From a virus (Duplodnaviria > Caudoviricetes): 52,487 bases of DNA. Under the pieces are notes generated by a model, which was not told the DNA's origin, did not search any database, and worked only from the letters and a program-made list of their open reading frames with translations. A program made the position numbers and the translations under genes. The number at the start of each line of letters is the position of its first letter. Position 1 is the stretch's first letter. Shown here one piece after another: positions 1-10,300 of this stretch. The DNA is taken from positions 1 through 52,487 of the IMG/VR virus record IMGVR_UViG_3300035670_000291; one strand, given 5' to 3'.

Positions 1-3000
1 AACTAATTGCCAATGCTTGTCCATCGGTTTTTTCTCTAACTACTCCCAATTCACCATTTAGTGCTTTTACAATAATATCTTTTAATTCACCAAATGTCAA
101 TTGCATATCATCAAATGGATGTGACATATGACCATATGCACCACCTTCTGATAATAATTTTTTAGTCTCTAATTTATTTTCTTTTATAAATTTAGTAGGT
201 GTAAACGCAACTCTTGGTAAATTATCTATTGTATATTTAATAGTTCTTTCATCCGCATCCTCATCTCCAAATATAGTATCTGCTTTTGGAAAATCGGTTT
301 GAGTGTATCCACCATTTTTATACCAATCTTCACCTTTATATGTGTTCAATTTTCTCTTTTTACCTTTTGGTACAAATGCTCCATCTGGAATATCTGCTGT
401 ATTAGATATTGTTACTGTACTAACTTCGTTTAATCCAAATAGTTCATTTAAGAAATTATCAACTTCATCTACTATTCCAAATACTTTTATAAAAACAGGA
501 GGATTTTCATCTTTATATTCTGCACTTCTAACTAATTTCATTTTGTTAGAACCCATTGATGTAAATTCTTTTTCAAATTTTTGAGCATCTTTTTTATCAT
601 TAAAAATAAATGTATAACTTTTTTTTGATGTTTCAAAATTTATATCACTTAAACTTTTATATTTCTTTACAAATGTATCAAATACTTTTTTAATTTTTGA
701 ATTATTTGATTTATTATAATTCAATTCTTGCAAATACTTATTCGGAAGATTTAATTCTTTTTCCAATTTAGTTATTTCTTGATAATCCATATTTCTTAAT
801 CTTCTTGCAACTTCATCTGCTTTATTACCATTTGGATTATCAAAAAGATATACGTTTATTCTTTTTTTGAATTTTTGATTTCTATAAAGTTCAATAACAT
901 TTTTGAAATGAATATCTCTATTACCCATTTCATTCATAGTTCTAAATGTAGTTGCTTGTTTGCCGTTTATGGTTGGCATTCCGTGAGAATCCTTTCCAAT
1001 ATCCTTTACATCAACTTTTTTGTTTTTGAATTTACCCATTAAAACAGTATCACCTTTATCAACTTTTACATTTATATCTTCTTTTACAGGCTCATATCCT
1101 TTATTTTCGGTATCCTTTGTATTTGATTGATGTCCTGGTTCTCTTTCTCTATCATCATCAAAATCAATGGTATCCAATTCTGCTTCGTATCCTATTTCAG
1201 AAGCATGATTTTGTGTAAAATCTTTATCTGCTTTACTAACAGGTTCATGATTTTTTACAGTATGTGCTTCTTGATATATTTGCTTATCTACTCTACCATA
1301 CTCTCTCATCAATATACCTGCTACTGCATGTGCTTGGTTTTCTATTGGTGAACCATCGGCACCATCTTTTTCTGGATTTCTAACCAAACCCAATTCATCT
1401 TGCTTTCTATGAACCATTTCATGTGCAAGTGTTCTCAATATATCTGCGGTTAATCTACCTTCCGTTGCAACATATATTTCTTTTGTTACCGGGTCAAATC
1501 CACCTAAACTTGTTTTAGTTTCTGCAAACTCTCTACCACCAACCAATGTTACTTTTGGAGTTTCTTTTAATTTTAATCTTTTGGTTGCATATTCTACAAA
1601 CCTTTTAATAGATTGTTGTTTTGTTTCCGAAAGATTTTCTTTTAATAAATCTTGTGCATCATTTTTTGGTTCTTCTTTTTTATATCTTTCTATTGTTTTC
1701 AATAATTGTTCATCGGATAGTTTATATGTTTTCATTGTTTTCAATGTCTTTTTAATTAAATTAGACATGAATTTTTTACTATCTATATTATCATCAATTC
1801 CTTCAAATATACCAGTTGCACCCATTGCAATACCACCACTAGATGCTGTTGCGGTATTTGCACCCAATGCTTCAAATGCGGAATGTTTAATTATATCTTT
1901 CACCACATATTCACCCAAATGCCCACCTGCTAATTTATATCCTGCCTTTGCAGCTGCACCTTTAGCAATTCCCGTTGCACCTGCACCTTTAGCAGCTGCA
2001 CCAACTCCACCAATTATCCCACCTGTAACTGCGATTGAACCAATTATTACCGCAGTTTCAGTTGCCAAACCTTTTAATGCTTTTGTTTGTTTTTTATATT
2101 CACCCCAAGATTGGTCAAATAATTCTTTTTCTTCATCCGTTGCATATTCTGAAACTTTTGGTTTTTTCTCAATTTTCTTTTTACCAGTTGAATGTCCGTG
2201 ACTATCCAATACATCTACTTCATTTTCTTCCCATTCACTATCCCCACCTCTACCAACACTTGTAAATTCACTCCAATGTCTATCGTTACCATCTTTATCT
2301 TTTACACTTCCAACATTTCCAGTAGTTGCCAATGATTTTACTGCTTTCATTGAACCACCCACCATTTCTTTTTTATGGTCAATAACGTGTTTTACACCTT
2401 TAGCAACATATTCATATGCTTCTTTATATCCATCTATTATATCATCAAAAAAAGAACTTCTTTCTTCTGAATTAGGATCATTTAATTTATCAATTGTTTC
2501 ATTTTCTTCCGATGATAACTCTTTCCTAGCATTATCCAAAGTTTCTTTTATCTTATCTTGCTTTCTATCTTTTTCACCACGTTCTGCATCTGATTTAAAC
2601 TCATCTCCACTTAATTTTTGTGGTTCTTGTTCAGGTTGTTCTTGATTTTTAGTATCAGTTTCTTTTGGTTTTTCTTGTTTATCAGACGGTAATCCTTTTT
2701 CTTTTTTTTCCTTATCGGTATCAGATAATGGTGTATTATCATCTGGGACTAATTTTTTAGCCGCAACGTGTGCTGGATGTTCTTTCGGTAATCTTAATGC
2801 ATCTCTTGCTTTTATTTTTGCTTTCTGTCCTTTTGTATTTGTATATTCAATATCCTTATCCAATTGTGGATTTGGTTCTTCTTGCAAATAAGAATTCAAC
2901 CAATCTTCAAATAAATCATCTGTAATTGTATTTGCAATTATTTCTTTTATTGGATCATATAAAAATTCTTTATCCGTATCTAATTTATTTCTCAACTCTT

Positions 3001-3625
3001 TATTTTTCTTTTCAATATCCAATACTTGCTCTTTTGATGGATATCCTCTATATAAGTTTTCACTAATAAGTTTTCCTGTAATTAAATCAAATATATTTTT
3101 GTCAAATTTAGGATAAGCTGTTAAGAAGAATTTCTTTGCTTTCTTATCATCACCACTTCCTAAATTATTTCTAACATCCGTTCCACTAATAGGATTTGGT
3201 TCTGCTGGTACTGCATATACATAACCAATTTCATCATACCCGTATCCTTGCTTTCCTTTGTATGCTTTAAAGTATTTACCTTGTAATCTATCTGCATCTT
3301 TCTCACCAACTGCTGCAATATATTGAGTAGTTTGTCCATCAAATTTAGAAAGTATTTCAACTGGTTTATATGGATTTTTAATTTGGACAAACCTGTTAGA
3401 AGGTATTCCAAACATTGTAGTTGCTATCTTCTTTTTTTCTTTGAAATTAAAAGGTGATTTTGGTCCTGATGTATCATTAGATGTTCCTATAAAAACATTA
3501 TCCGCTCCAAATTTTGAAACTAATTTTTGATAAGATGCATAATGTCCTTTATGGAATGGTTGAAATCTACCAGAATATACAACTACAGTTTTGGTCACCT
3601 TTGGTTTATCTACTTCATTAATCAT
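1..3625 (-). CDS. Large multidomain protein (>1208 aa, runs off the left edge): NadM/cytidyltransferase-like domain, Gly/Ala hydrophobic segment, HExxH zincin domain, KxDG nucleotidyltransferase/ligase-like domain
   Basis: ATG at 3625 (MINEVDKPKVTKTVVVYSGRFQPFHKGH), frame open to the window edge, so absent from the track. Motifs: GRFQPFHKGH and ISGTDVR; LAHEMVH...PIENQA (HEMVH at 1409-1423); GGAYGHMSHPFDD...REKTDGQALAIS (2-145). Confidence 0.85.
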   Translation of the reverse strand, partial: MINEVDKPKVTKTVVVYSGRFQPFHKGHYASYQKLVSKFGADNVFIGTSNDTSGPKSPFNFKEKKKIATTMFGIPSNRFVQIKNPYKPVEILSKFDGQTTQYIAAVGEKDADRLQGKYFKAYKGKQGYGYDEIGYVYAVPAEPNPISGTDVRNNLGSGDDKKAKKFFLTAYPKFDKNIFDLITGKLISENLYRGYPSKEQVLDIEKKNKELRNKLDTDKEFLYDPIKEIIANTITDDLFEDWLNSYLQEEPNPQLDKDIEYTNTKGQKAKIKARDALRLPKEHPAHVAAKKLVPDDNTPLSDTDKEKKEKGLPSDKQEKPKETDTKNQEQPEQEPQKLSGDEFKSDAERGEKDRKQDKIKETLDNARKELSSEENETIDKLNDPNSEERSSFFDDIIDGYKEAYEYVAKGVKHVIDHKKEMVGGSMKAVKSLATTGNVGSVKDKDGNDRHWSEFTSVGRGGDSEWEENEVDVLDSHGHSTGKKKIEKKPKVSEYATDEEKELFDQSWGEYKKQTKALKGLATETAVIIGSIAVTGGIIGGVGAAAKGAGATGIAKGAAAKAGYKLAGGHLGEYVVKDIIKHSAFEALGANTATASSGGIAMGATGIFEGIDDNIDSKKFMSNLIKKTLKTMKTYKLSDEQLLKTIERYKKEEPKNDAQDLLKENLSETKQQSIKRFVEYATKRLKLKETPKVTLVGGREFAETKTSLGGFDPVTKEIYVATEGRLTADILRTLAHEMVHRKQDELGLVRNPEKDGADGSPIENQAHAVAGILMREYGRVDKQIYQEAHTVKNHEPVSKADKDFTQNHASEIGYEAELDTIDFDDDREREPGHQSNTKDTENKGYEPVKEDINVKVDKGDTVLMGKFKNKKVDVKDIGKDSHGMPTINGKQATTFRTMNEMGNRDIHFKNVIELYRNQKFKKRINVYLFDNPNGNKADEVARRLRNMDYQEITKLEKELNLPNKYLQELNYNKSNNSKIKKVFDTFVKKYKSLSDINFETSKKSYTFIFNDKKDAQKFEKEFTSMGSNKMKLVRSAEYKDENPPVFIKVFGIVDEVDNFLNELFGLNEVSTVTISNTADIPDGAFVPKGKKRKLNTYKGEDWYKNGGYTQTDFPKADTIFGDEDADERTIKYTIDNLPRVAFTPTKFIKENKLETKKLLSEGGAYGHMSHPFDDMQLTFGELKDIIVKALNGELGVVREKTDGQALAIS

Positions 3626-3649
3626 TTGAATTCTTTAACTTTAGTCAGT

Positions 3650-3657
3650 ATAAATAT
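3650..3657 (-). promoter_or_regulatory. ATATTTAT motif, putative late promoter
   Basis: 24 nt upstream of ATG 3625; the same octamer precedes about ten other genes on their coding strand. Confidence 0.6.
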
Positions 3658-3733
3658 CTTTTTTTCTTTTCTTTTTATTTTTTATTTATACTTTTAATTT
3701 TTATAGTGCTGATCAGTGCTGTCTTTTTTTATT

Positions 3734-3765
3734 CAAACATACAAAAAATTTTTTAGTTTACCAAA
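3734..3765 (-). promoter_or_regulatory. Bacteroidetes sigmaA-type promoter
   Basis: TTTG-N20-TATGTTTG matches the -33/-7 consensus. Confidence 0.65.
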
Positions 3766-3772
3766 TTATGTA

Positions 3773-4318
3773 TTAGCCAAAGCAAACTATATTACATGAA
3801 TTTGCACCAAGCGGAACTGCAGTTTCATCAAAATCTTCCGTTGCAAATGTAGTTCCTGTTAAGAAGAATACGTTACCAAACCCATCACCATAATAACTAT
3901 ATGTTGGTGTTCCGAAGAACTTAATAACAACACTACCCAATGGTGTACTTAGTGCAGGACAATCGCTACAACTATATTGAGTTGCAGTATAATTTACAAC
4001 AAGTACAGATGGAGATGGTGTTACAGTAATGCTTGGCGTCATTGTTGGAGTAGGTGTTATGGTTACACTTGGTGTTCTGGATGGTGTCATAGTTACAGTA
4101 GGGGTTACGGTTCTAGTAGGTGTTATAGATGGTGTAACGGGCTTACCATAGAAATCGGAAAAAGATATTGGATTTATTCCAACCTTTCCTGCCAATACTC
4201 TAACATCATTATCATTCATACTAATTGTAGCATCTATTGCTTTTCCTAATTCTAAATTTATTGATTGTCCTATTGAACCACTTCCTAGTGCAATAGGTCC
4301 GGAACTATTTATTCCCAT
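3773..4318 (-). CDS. Tail-fibre-associated virion protein with a Thr/Pro linker and Cys-rich C-terminus
   Basis: N-terminal domain ending ISFSDFYGK, a motif typical of small genes after S74 tail fibres; (TP)n repeats; start overlaps the tail fibre stop. Confidence 0.6.
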   Translation of the reverse strand: MGINSSGPIALGSGSIGQSINLELGKAIDATISMNDNDVRVLAGKVGINPISFSDFYGKPVTPSITPTRTVTPTVTMTPSRTPSVTITPTPTMTPSITVTPSPSVLVVNYTATQYSCSDCPALSTPLGSVVIKFFGTPTYSYYGDGFGNVFFLTGTTFATEDFDETAVPLGANSCNIVCFG

Positions 4319-7300
4319 TATTTATTCTTTTTTAATTCTTCAATTTCGTTTTTAAGTTCTTTAATTGCTTCAATCAAAAGAGGTACAATTTTTTCATATC
4401 TAACTGCTTTAAAACCATCATCTCTAGTAGCAACTGCTTCTGGTAAAATTTTTTCTATTTCTTGTGCAATTACACCAACATCGTGTTTTCTTATAAAATA
4501 CCCATCTTCACCACCTTTTGATTCAATCAAATCAGTTATCCAATCAAATTCAACACCATTTATTTTATTTATTTTTGAAACCGCAGAATCTATTTGTTTT
4601 ATATTTTCTTTTAATCTTTCATCCGATGTATAGTATGCCGTTATATTTCCGGTTGCGGTTATATCACCACCAACTTGTAACATTGTTGCATCCGTTGAAG
4701 ATATCCTCTGAATTTTAACGTACCTATCTGCACTTCTTATAGATTGAAATCCAAAATCTGTTAATTCTGTATATGCAGTAGTTTTACTTAATGTAAATGA
4801 AGGAAAATTATGAGATATTGTATTCCAACTTGCACTAGGATTATCAGGACCAAATGCAAATCTTTTCCAATATGATCGTATGTAATATGTTCCCGTAGAA
4901 TTAAATGTCAGTTCAATCTGTTTTGCTGCAACTGCCGGTATAACCGCTTGTACACCAACCGTAGTTGATGTTATTGATGAAACTCCGGAATCATACACAA
5001 CATTTGCAAATAGATTATCCGATGCTATTTGCATTGATAAACTATACCCATAATATCCAGATGAAAGTGGAGTAAATGCATTTGCTGATGATAACGTTAT
5101 TGTGCCCGTATATAAGCCCGTAGTACTAACTGTAAAAGATGATGCTAAATTATATTTTGTTTCATTTACTTCATCGGTAGTAGTACCAGCGGTAAAGCCG
5201 GATTTATCTGCGTTCCAAGTAACATTTATAGATGCCGCACCAACTGCAGTATCTAATAATTGTCCTGTTTTAATAACGACTGCAGGCGCACCAGCTACAT
5301 CGGTTAGTGTAAATTGTGGATTTGCGTAGTTTGGTTCAAGTTTCATTTTTATTATATTATTTGAACCCGAACCTGATGAATATAATCTATCACTATCAAT
5401 TAACCAACCACCAATTTCACCCGATGTTGCGGTTATTTTGCCTGTAAAATCTCCGGATGAACCCGATATTATAGGTGCATAAAAAGTTTTTCCATCAAAA
5501 AACGAACCAGAACCCTTACCATCGGCTAAACTTTGAGCTTTATCTAATAACCTATTTAAATCAGGTTCAGTTCCATCTACCTCAAAAACTGCCGGACCAA
5601 ACATTTGTTGATAAAGTGTTGTTCCATTACCTGCTGTATTATAGAAATGATAACATCTATGCAATGCTTTTGCAATTGGATTCACTCCATCAGTTTTCCA
5701 TTTAAAATCATAACATTCAAAAACTTTTCTTCCACTTTCTACATCATAAACACCACCCATATTTGTTGTTCCGGTATAATCTTTACCATGAACATATCCA
5801 ACCATCAAATACCATCTATTTGTAAATGGTATAGGATTTACTCCTGATGGATTTTGTGAGAAAAAGAAGTAAGTATTATCTGATACCGTATTATTTAAAA
5901 AAGAAGAACTAACCAGTGCACCTGTTGTACTTATTGAATAAAAACCAAAATATAAATCGCCATCCGCATTATTGTTTATTTTTGCATAAGTTATAAACTT
6001 ATAAGTTTTGTTGTTATCAATTTCAGTTGGAGTCGAATTCCATCCACCATCTGCATTACCATCTCCTGATGGATAACATTCCCATAATAAAGATTGTTTA
6101 CCAAAAGGATCAGTTCCATAATTTATGGCATTTTCCGCAGCTGTACCATTTATAGTTAAATTTTCATAACTACTTGCTAAAATTCCTGATGAAGGTTTTG
6201 GATCATATCGCCAAACTAACGGCATGATGTTTACACCAGAACCTCTAACACCATATGCCAATTTACCTGCAAAACTTACATCACCACTACTACTTATAAA
6301 GAATTTTTCAGATGATATCCAACCATCTTTATTTAAAATTATACCACTATTTGTGAATGAACCATCCCCACCACCGGATGTTCCGGCGCTTGATATATTG
6401 TTAGTATTTATACTCCACCCACCAATCGTACCACCACTAAGTGTTGCATTTGTAGCCGTTAATGCACCACCTGGAGTAACTCTGAACGGTGCAGAAGCAA
6501 ATGTTCCATTTCCTAAGTATATACCATTTAAGTCCGCTTTGAAAACACTAGGCGCCGTTCCTATTGTTATATCACCACCATATATTGAACCACTAATTCT
6601 AACATTTCCATTACTTGCTAAATAAAAATTTGGAGCAGAAATCCACCCAACAGCGCTTATTCTCATACCTGTTGTAGTATGTGATGAATCACCTCCTCCA
6701 ACGGTATTTGATGATGAGATTTCATTAGTTCCTATTCCCCATCCACCAATTGAACCACTTCTGGCTATTATATTACCATCAACGGATAATGTATTTCTTG
6801 TTGCATTCCAAACAAATCCATGGGTTGAAGATCCGGATAAATAAAAATCACCAGATGAACTCAAAAATGAAGTCCATCCCGATCCTGCTTTAAAATATCC
6901 CAAATACTGTTGACCTGTATATAAACCACTTGTACTAGGATTTGGTAACTTATCTATTAAACCATTCGCATTTGTAAAAATAGATTGATCTGTAACGTAT
7001 ATTGATTGGCTTATTGATGCACTTGCATTTATTAAACTTTGAGATATGGATGATGTAAATGATTGAATCGATGCAGTAAATTGTAATAATTGAGTTGGTG
7101 TTATTAATTGACCACCATTTGCTCTCAAACTACCACTAAAGCTACTTTGTCCTGTTGTTGTTATAAAAAATCCAGGAGCACTTATGTAACCCGCAGATCC
7201 AATGGTTATCATACTTGCACTATTGAATTGATTGTAACTACTATTTCTTTTTGTACCCACATAAATAGAATCCGTATCTACAACCCAACTACCTATTGCA

Positions 7301-10300
7301 CCCGCAGTTGCACTGACCGTTCCCGTCATAGAAACATTGCCCGTAGATGATACTGTAAAATTTTTAGTAGATATCCAACCATCTTTAGATAAAATTACAC
7401 CACTTGTAGTTCCCACACCATCACTACCACCAACTACATTTGCGGTAGATATTGAACTTGCACCGATTACCCATCCACCAATGAAACCAGAATTAGCAGC
7501 TATACTACCACTCAATACTACATTACCTGCAGATGAAATTGAAAAGTTTTTAGCGGATATATATCCGGTTCCACCAATTCTCATACCGGTAGTAGTAAAT
7601 ACACCATCACTACCACCAACTGTACCTGAACTACTTATTTCGGATGTTCCGATTCCCCATCCACCTATCAATCCCGTTCTTGCAACCACCCTACCATCTA
7701 TTGATAATGTATTAGCAGTAGAGTTCCAAACCAACCCTTGCGTTCCTGATCCAGATAGATAAAAATCACCAGATGAACTTAAAAATGAAGTCCAACCCGA
7801 ACCTACTTTGAAATATCCAAGATATTCTTTTCCAGTATATAATCCACTTGTGGATGCATTTGGTAGTTTATCAATTAAACCATTTGAATTTGTAAAAATT
7901 GCATCATCTAATGTAGCAATAGATACACTTATAGAAGAACTTATATTTATTAAACTACTTGATACGGATGATGTAAATGAATGCATTGATGCGGTAAATA
8001 ATAATAGATTGGTGGTTGTTAAAACCGTTCCACCATTTGCTTGTAAACTACCACTAAATACACCTTGACCAGTAGTTGATATGTAAAATCCAGGAGCACT
8101 TATATAACCGGCAGATCCAATAGTTATCATACTTGCACTATTGAATTGGTTATAAGAACTGGCTCTTTTTGTTCCAGAAAATATAGAATCGGAATCAATT
8201 GTCCATCCACCCAAAGAACCTGTATTTGCTCTCAAAGTACCACTAATGTTTAAATGCTCACCTATTGGATCCCAACTTAATTTATCTTCCAATGAGAAGT
8301 GTCCACTTCTACTTATAAAAAATCCAGTATTTTTATTATTCCAAAGACCAACACCCGTATATATTGCTGCATTGGACATTGTAATTCCACCAATTGATCC
8401 AGTTGTAGCAGTTATAGTCCCACTTATGTTTAAATTTTCAGTTATTGGATTCCAGTTCAATTTATCTTCCAATGAAAAGTGTCCCGAAGAACTGATAAAG
8501 AATCCAGTTGCTTTATCATTCCAAAGACCTGCTCCTGCGTAGATTGAAGCATTGGACATTGTAATTCCACCAATTGATCCTGTTGTTGCAGTTATAGTTC
8601 CACTAACATTCAAATAATTGTTTACTGGATCCCAACTCAATTTATCTTCTAATGAAAAGTGTCCCGAAGAACTTAAAAAGAACCCGGTATTATTATTTGC
8701 ATACGTTCCTGTTCCGGTGTATATAGAATTTCCTGCTATTATTACTCCACCAATAGAACCCGTTTGTGCTTTTATTGTACCACTAACTGTTAGATTTGTA
8801 CCATCCCAAGATACAACAGATGAACCGGTATCACCAAATCTAAATGTACCATCATAATTAAAATAATAACCCTTACCAGCAGTTAAAGAGGTTGCATTTG
8901 CACTTCTAATAAATCCACTAAATCCATCCAATGTTCCCATGACCAACCCTCTGGTTATAGTTGCATCCGCAGTTAATAATACGTTGGTAGCGACTGCATC
9001 AAACGTAGCACCAAATGCAGTCCAATCCGTTGGTGGTGTTCCCCACGTTGTTAATCCACTTTTTGCTGTATTATTTGCCAAATAGTATTGACCAGAATAT
9101 ACCACTATATCCCTTCTAATATCTGTGTGAAAGTATGTAGTTCCTGCTACATATGTTCCTCTATAAACTACACCAGGACCTTGTCCACCATCATTTCCTT
9201 CCAATGCAACACCAACACTATAACTAACAGAAGATGTTAATATAGTACCTTCTGAATTTATATATGTAATCAAAGATGATGCATTTACACCCAAAGATGT
9301 ATTGGGTGTATTTGGGGTTATTATTCCCGTCAATGTATCAATTGTAGCATTTGTTACTGATGCGCTAAAAGTATTTATTGTTGAACCTAATGTTGATGTG
9401 TATGTATATGGTGTACCCCCTACTTCTTGTAAAGTTAATGTTACATTTTGAGGTGTTCCATATCCAATACTAGATGATGTTACCGTTTGGGTTTGTGGGG
9501 TTACTGAAATTGCAGTAAGTGGTGCAGCTGAACGAACTCTTGTAACACTTGCTACTATTGTTTTTAATCCTGTATTTCCTTCACCATCCGTATAGTTTAT
9601 TGGAATAAAAACAGAACCACTATCTCTTAACATAGAAGTTGCATTCGAACTAAAGTTTATAGTGTTTCCAGTTGCAGTTCCGGCTAATCCATTTGTAAAT
9701 GATAAAGTTCCTATACTTGTAAATCTATCAGTTCCACCTTCTGCTGCAGTTACAGTAATGGGTTGTGGTGTTACAGAACCACTTCCTCTTGAATTTGCTA
9801 AAATAGTTTGCGCAACGGGTACTAATGATACTTCAACATTTGGAACCGCATTTCTTGCTTTTGCTAATGAAATGTTTCCATCCAATGCTCTTATAACATT
9901 TTCCGAATCTAAAACTTCCAGAGAAATACTAAGTTGTTCAAAATCGGTACTCAATGTTCTAAGCGCTATAGTTTGATTTACTGAATTATAAAAATAATTA
10001 CTATACCCATATAACGTAGTTATTGTAGGCGTTCCATATATAGATTTGGCGGTTGTTACACCATCATATGTTTCTAAAATTTCAATACTAGCAGATGCAA
10101 ATTCGGATAATTGTACTCCGGTTGATTTTGCATTTACAGTTTGATTATTATTTGTTATGTTTATAGCAAGTACCGGCGCAGCTTTTTTTGCTTTTGAATA
10201 TGTAATAATTTTTGGAAAATTAGTAATAACTCCCGTTGCATCTTGATATGATACATTCAAAGTAACACTTCCTGTATCATTTGTTAATTGTCCTATACTA

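Noticed and set aside
3160-3411. 83-aa minus ORF
   Set aside because: Out of frame inside the 1-3625 gene, which carries the conserved motifs.
6640-8785. Diversity-generating retroelement TR/VR pair
   Set aside because: Repeats are in-frame coding modules in mid-gene, differences do not look adenine-specific, and there is no reverse transcriptase in the window.
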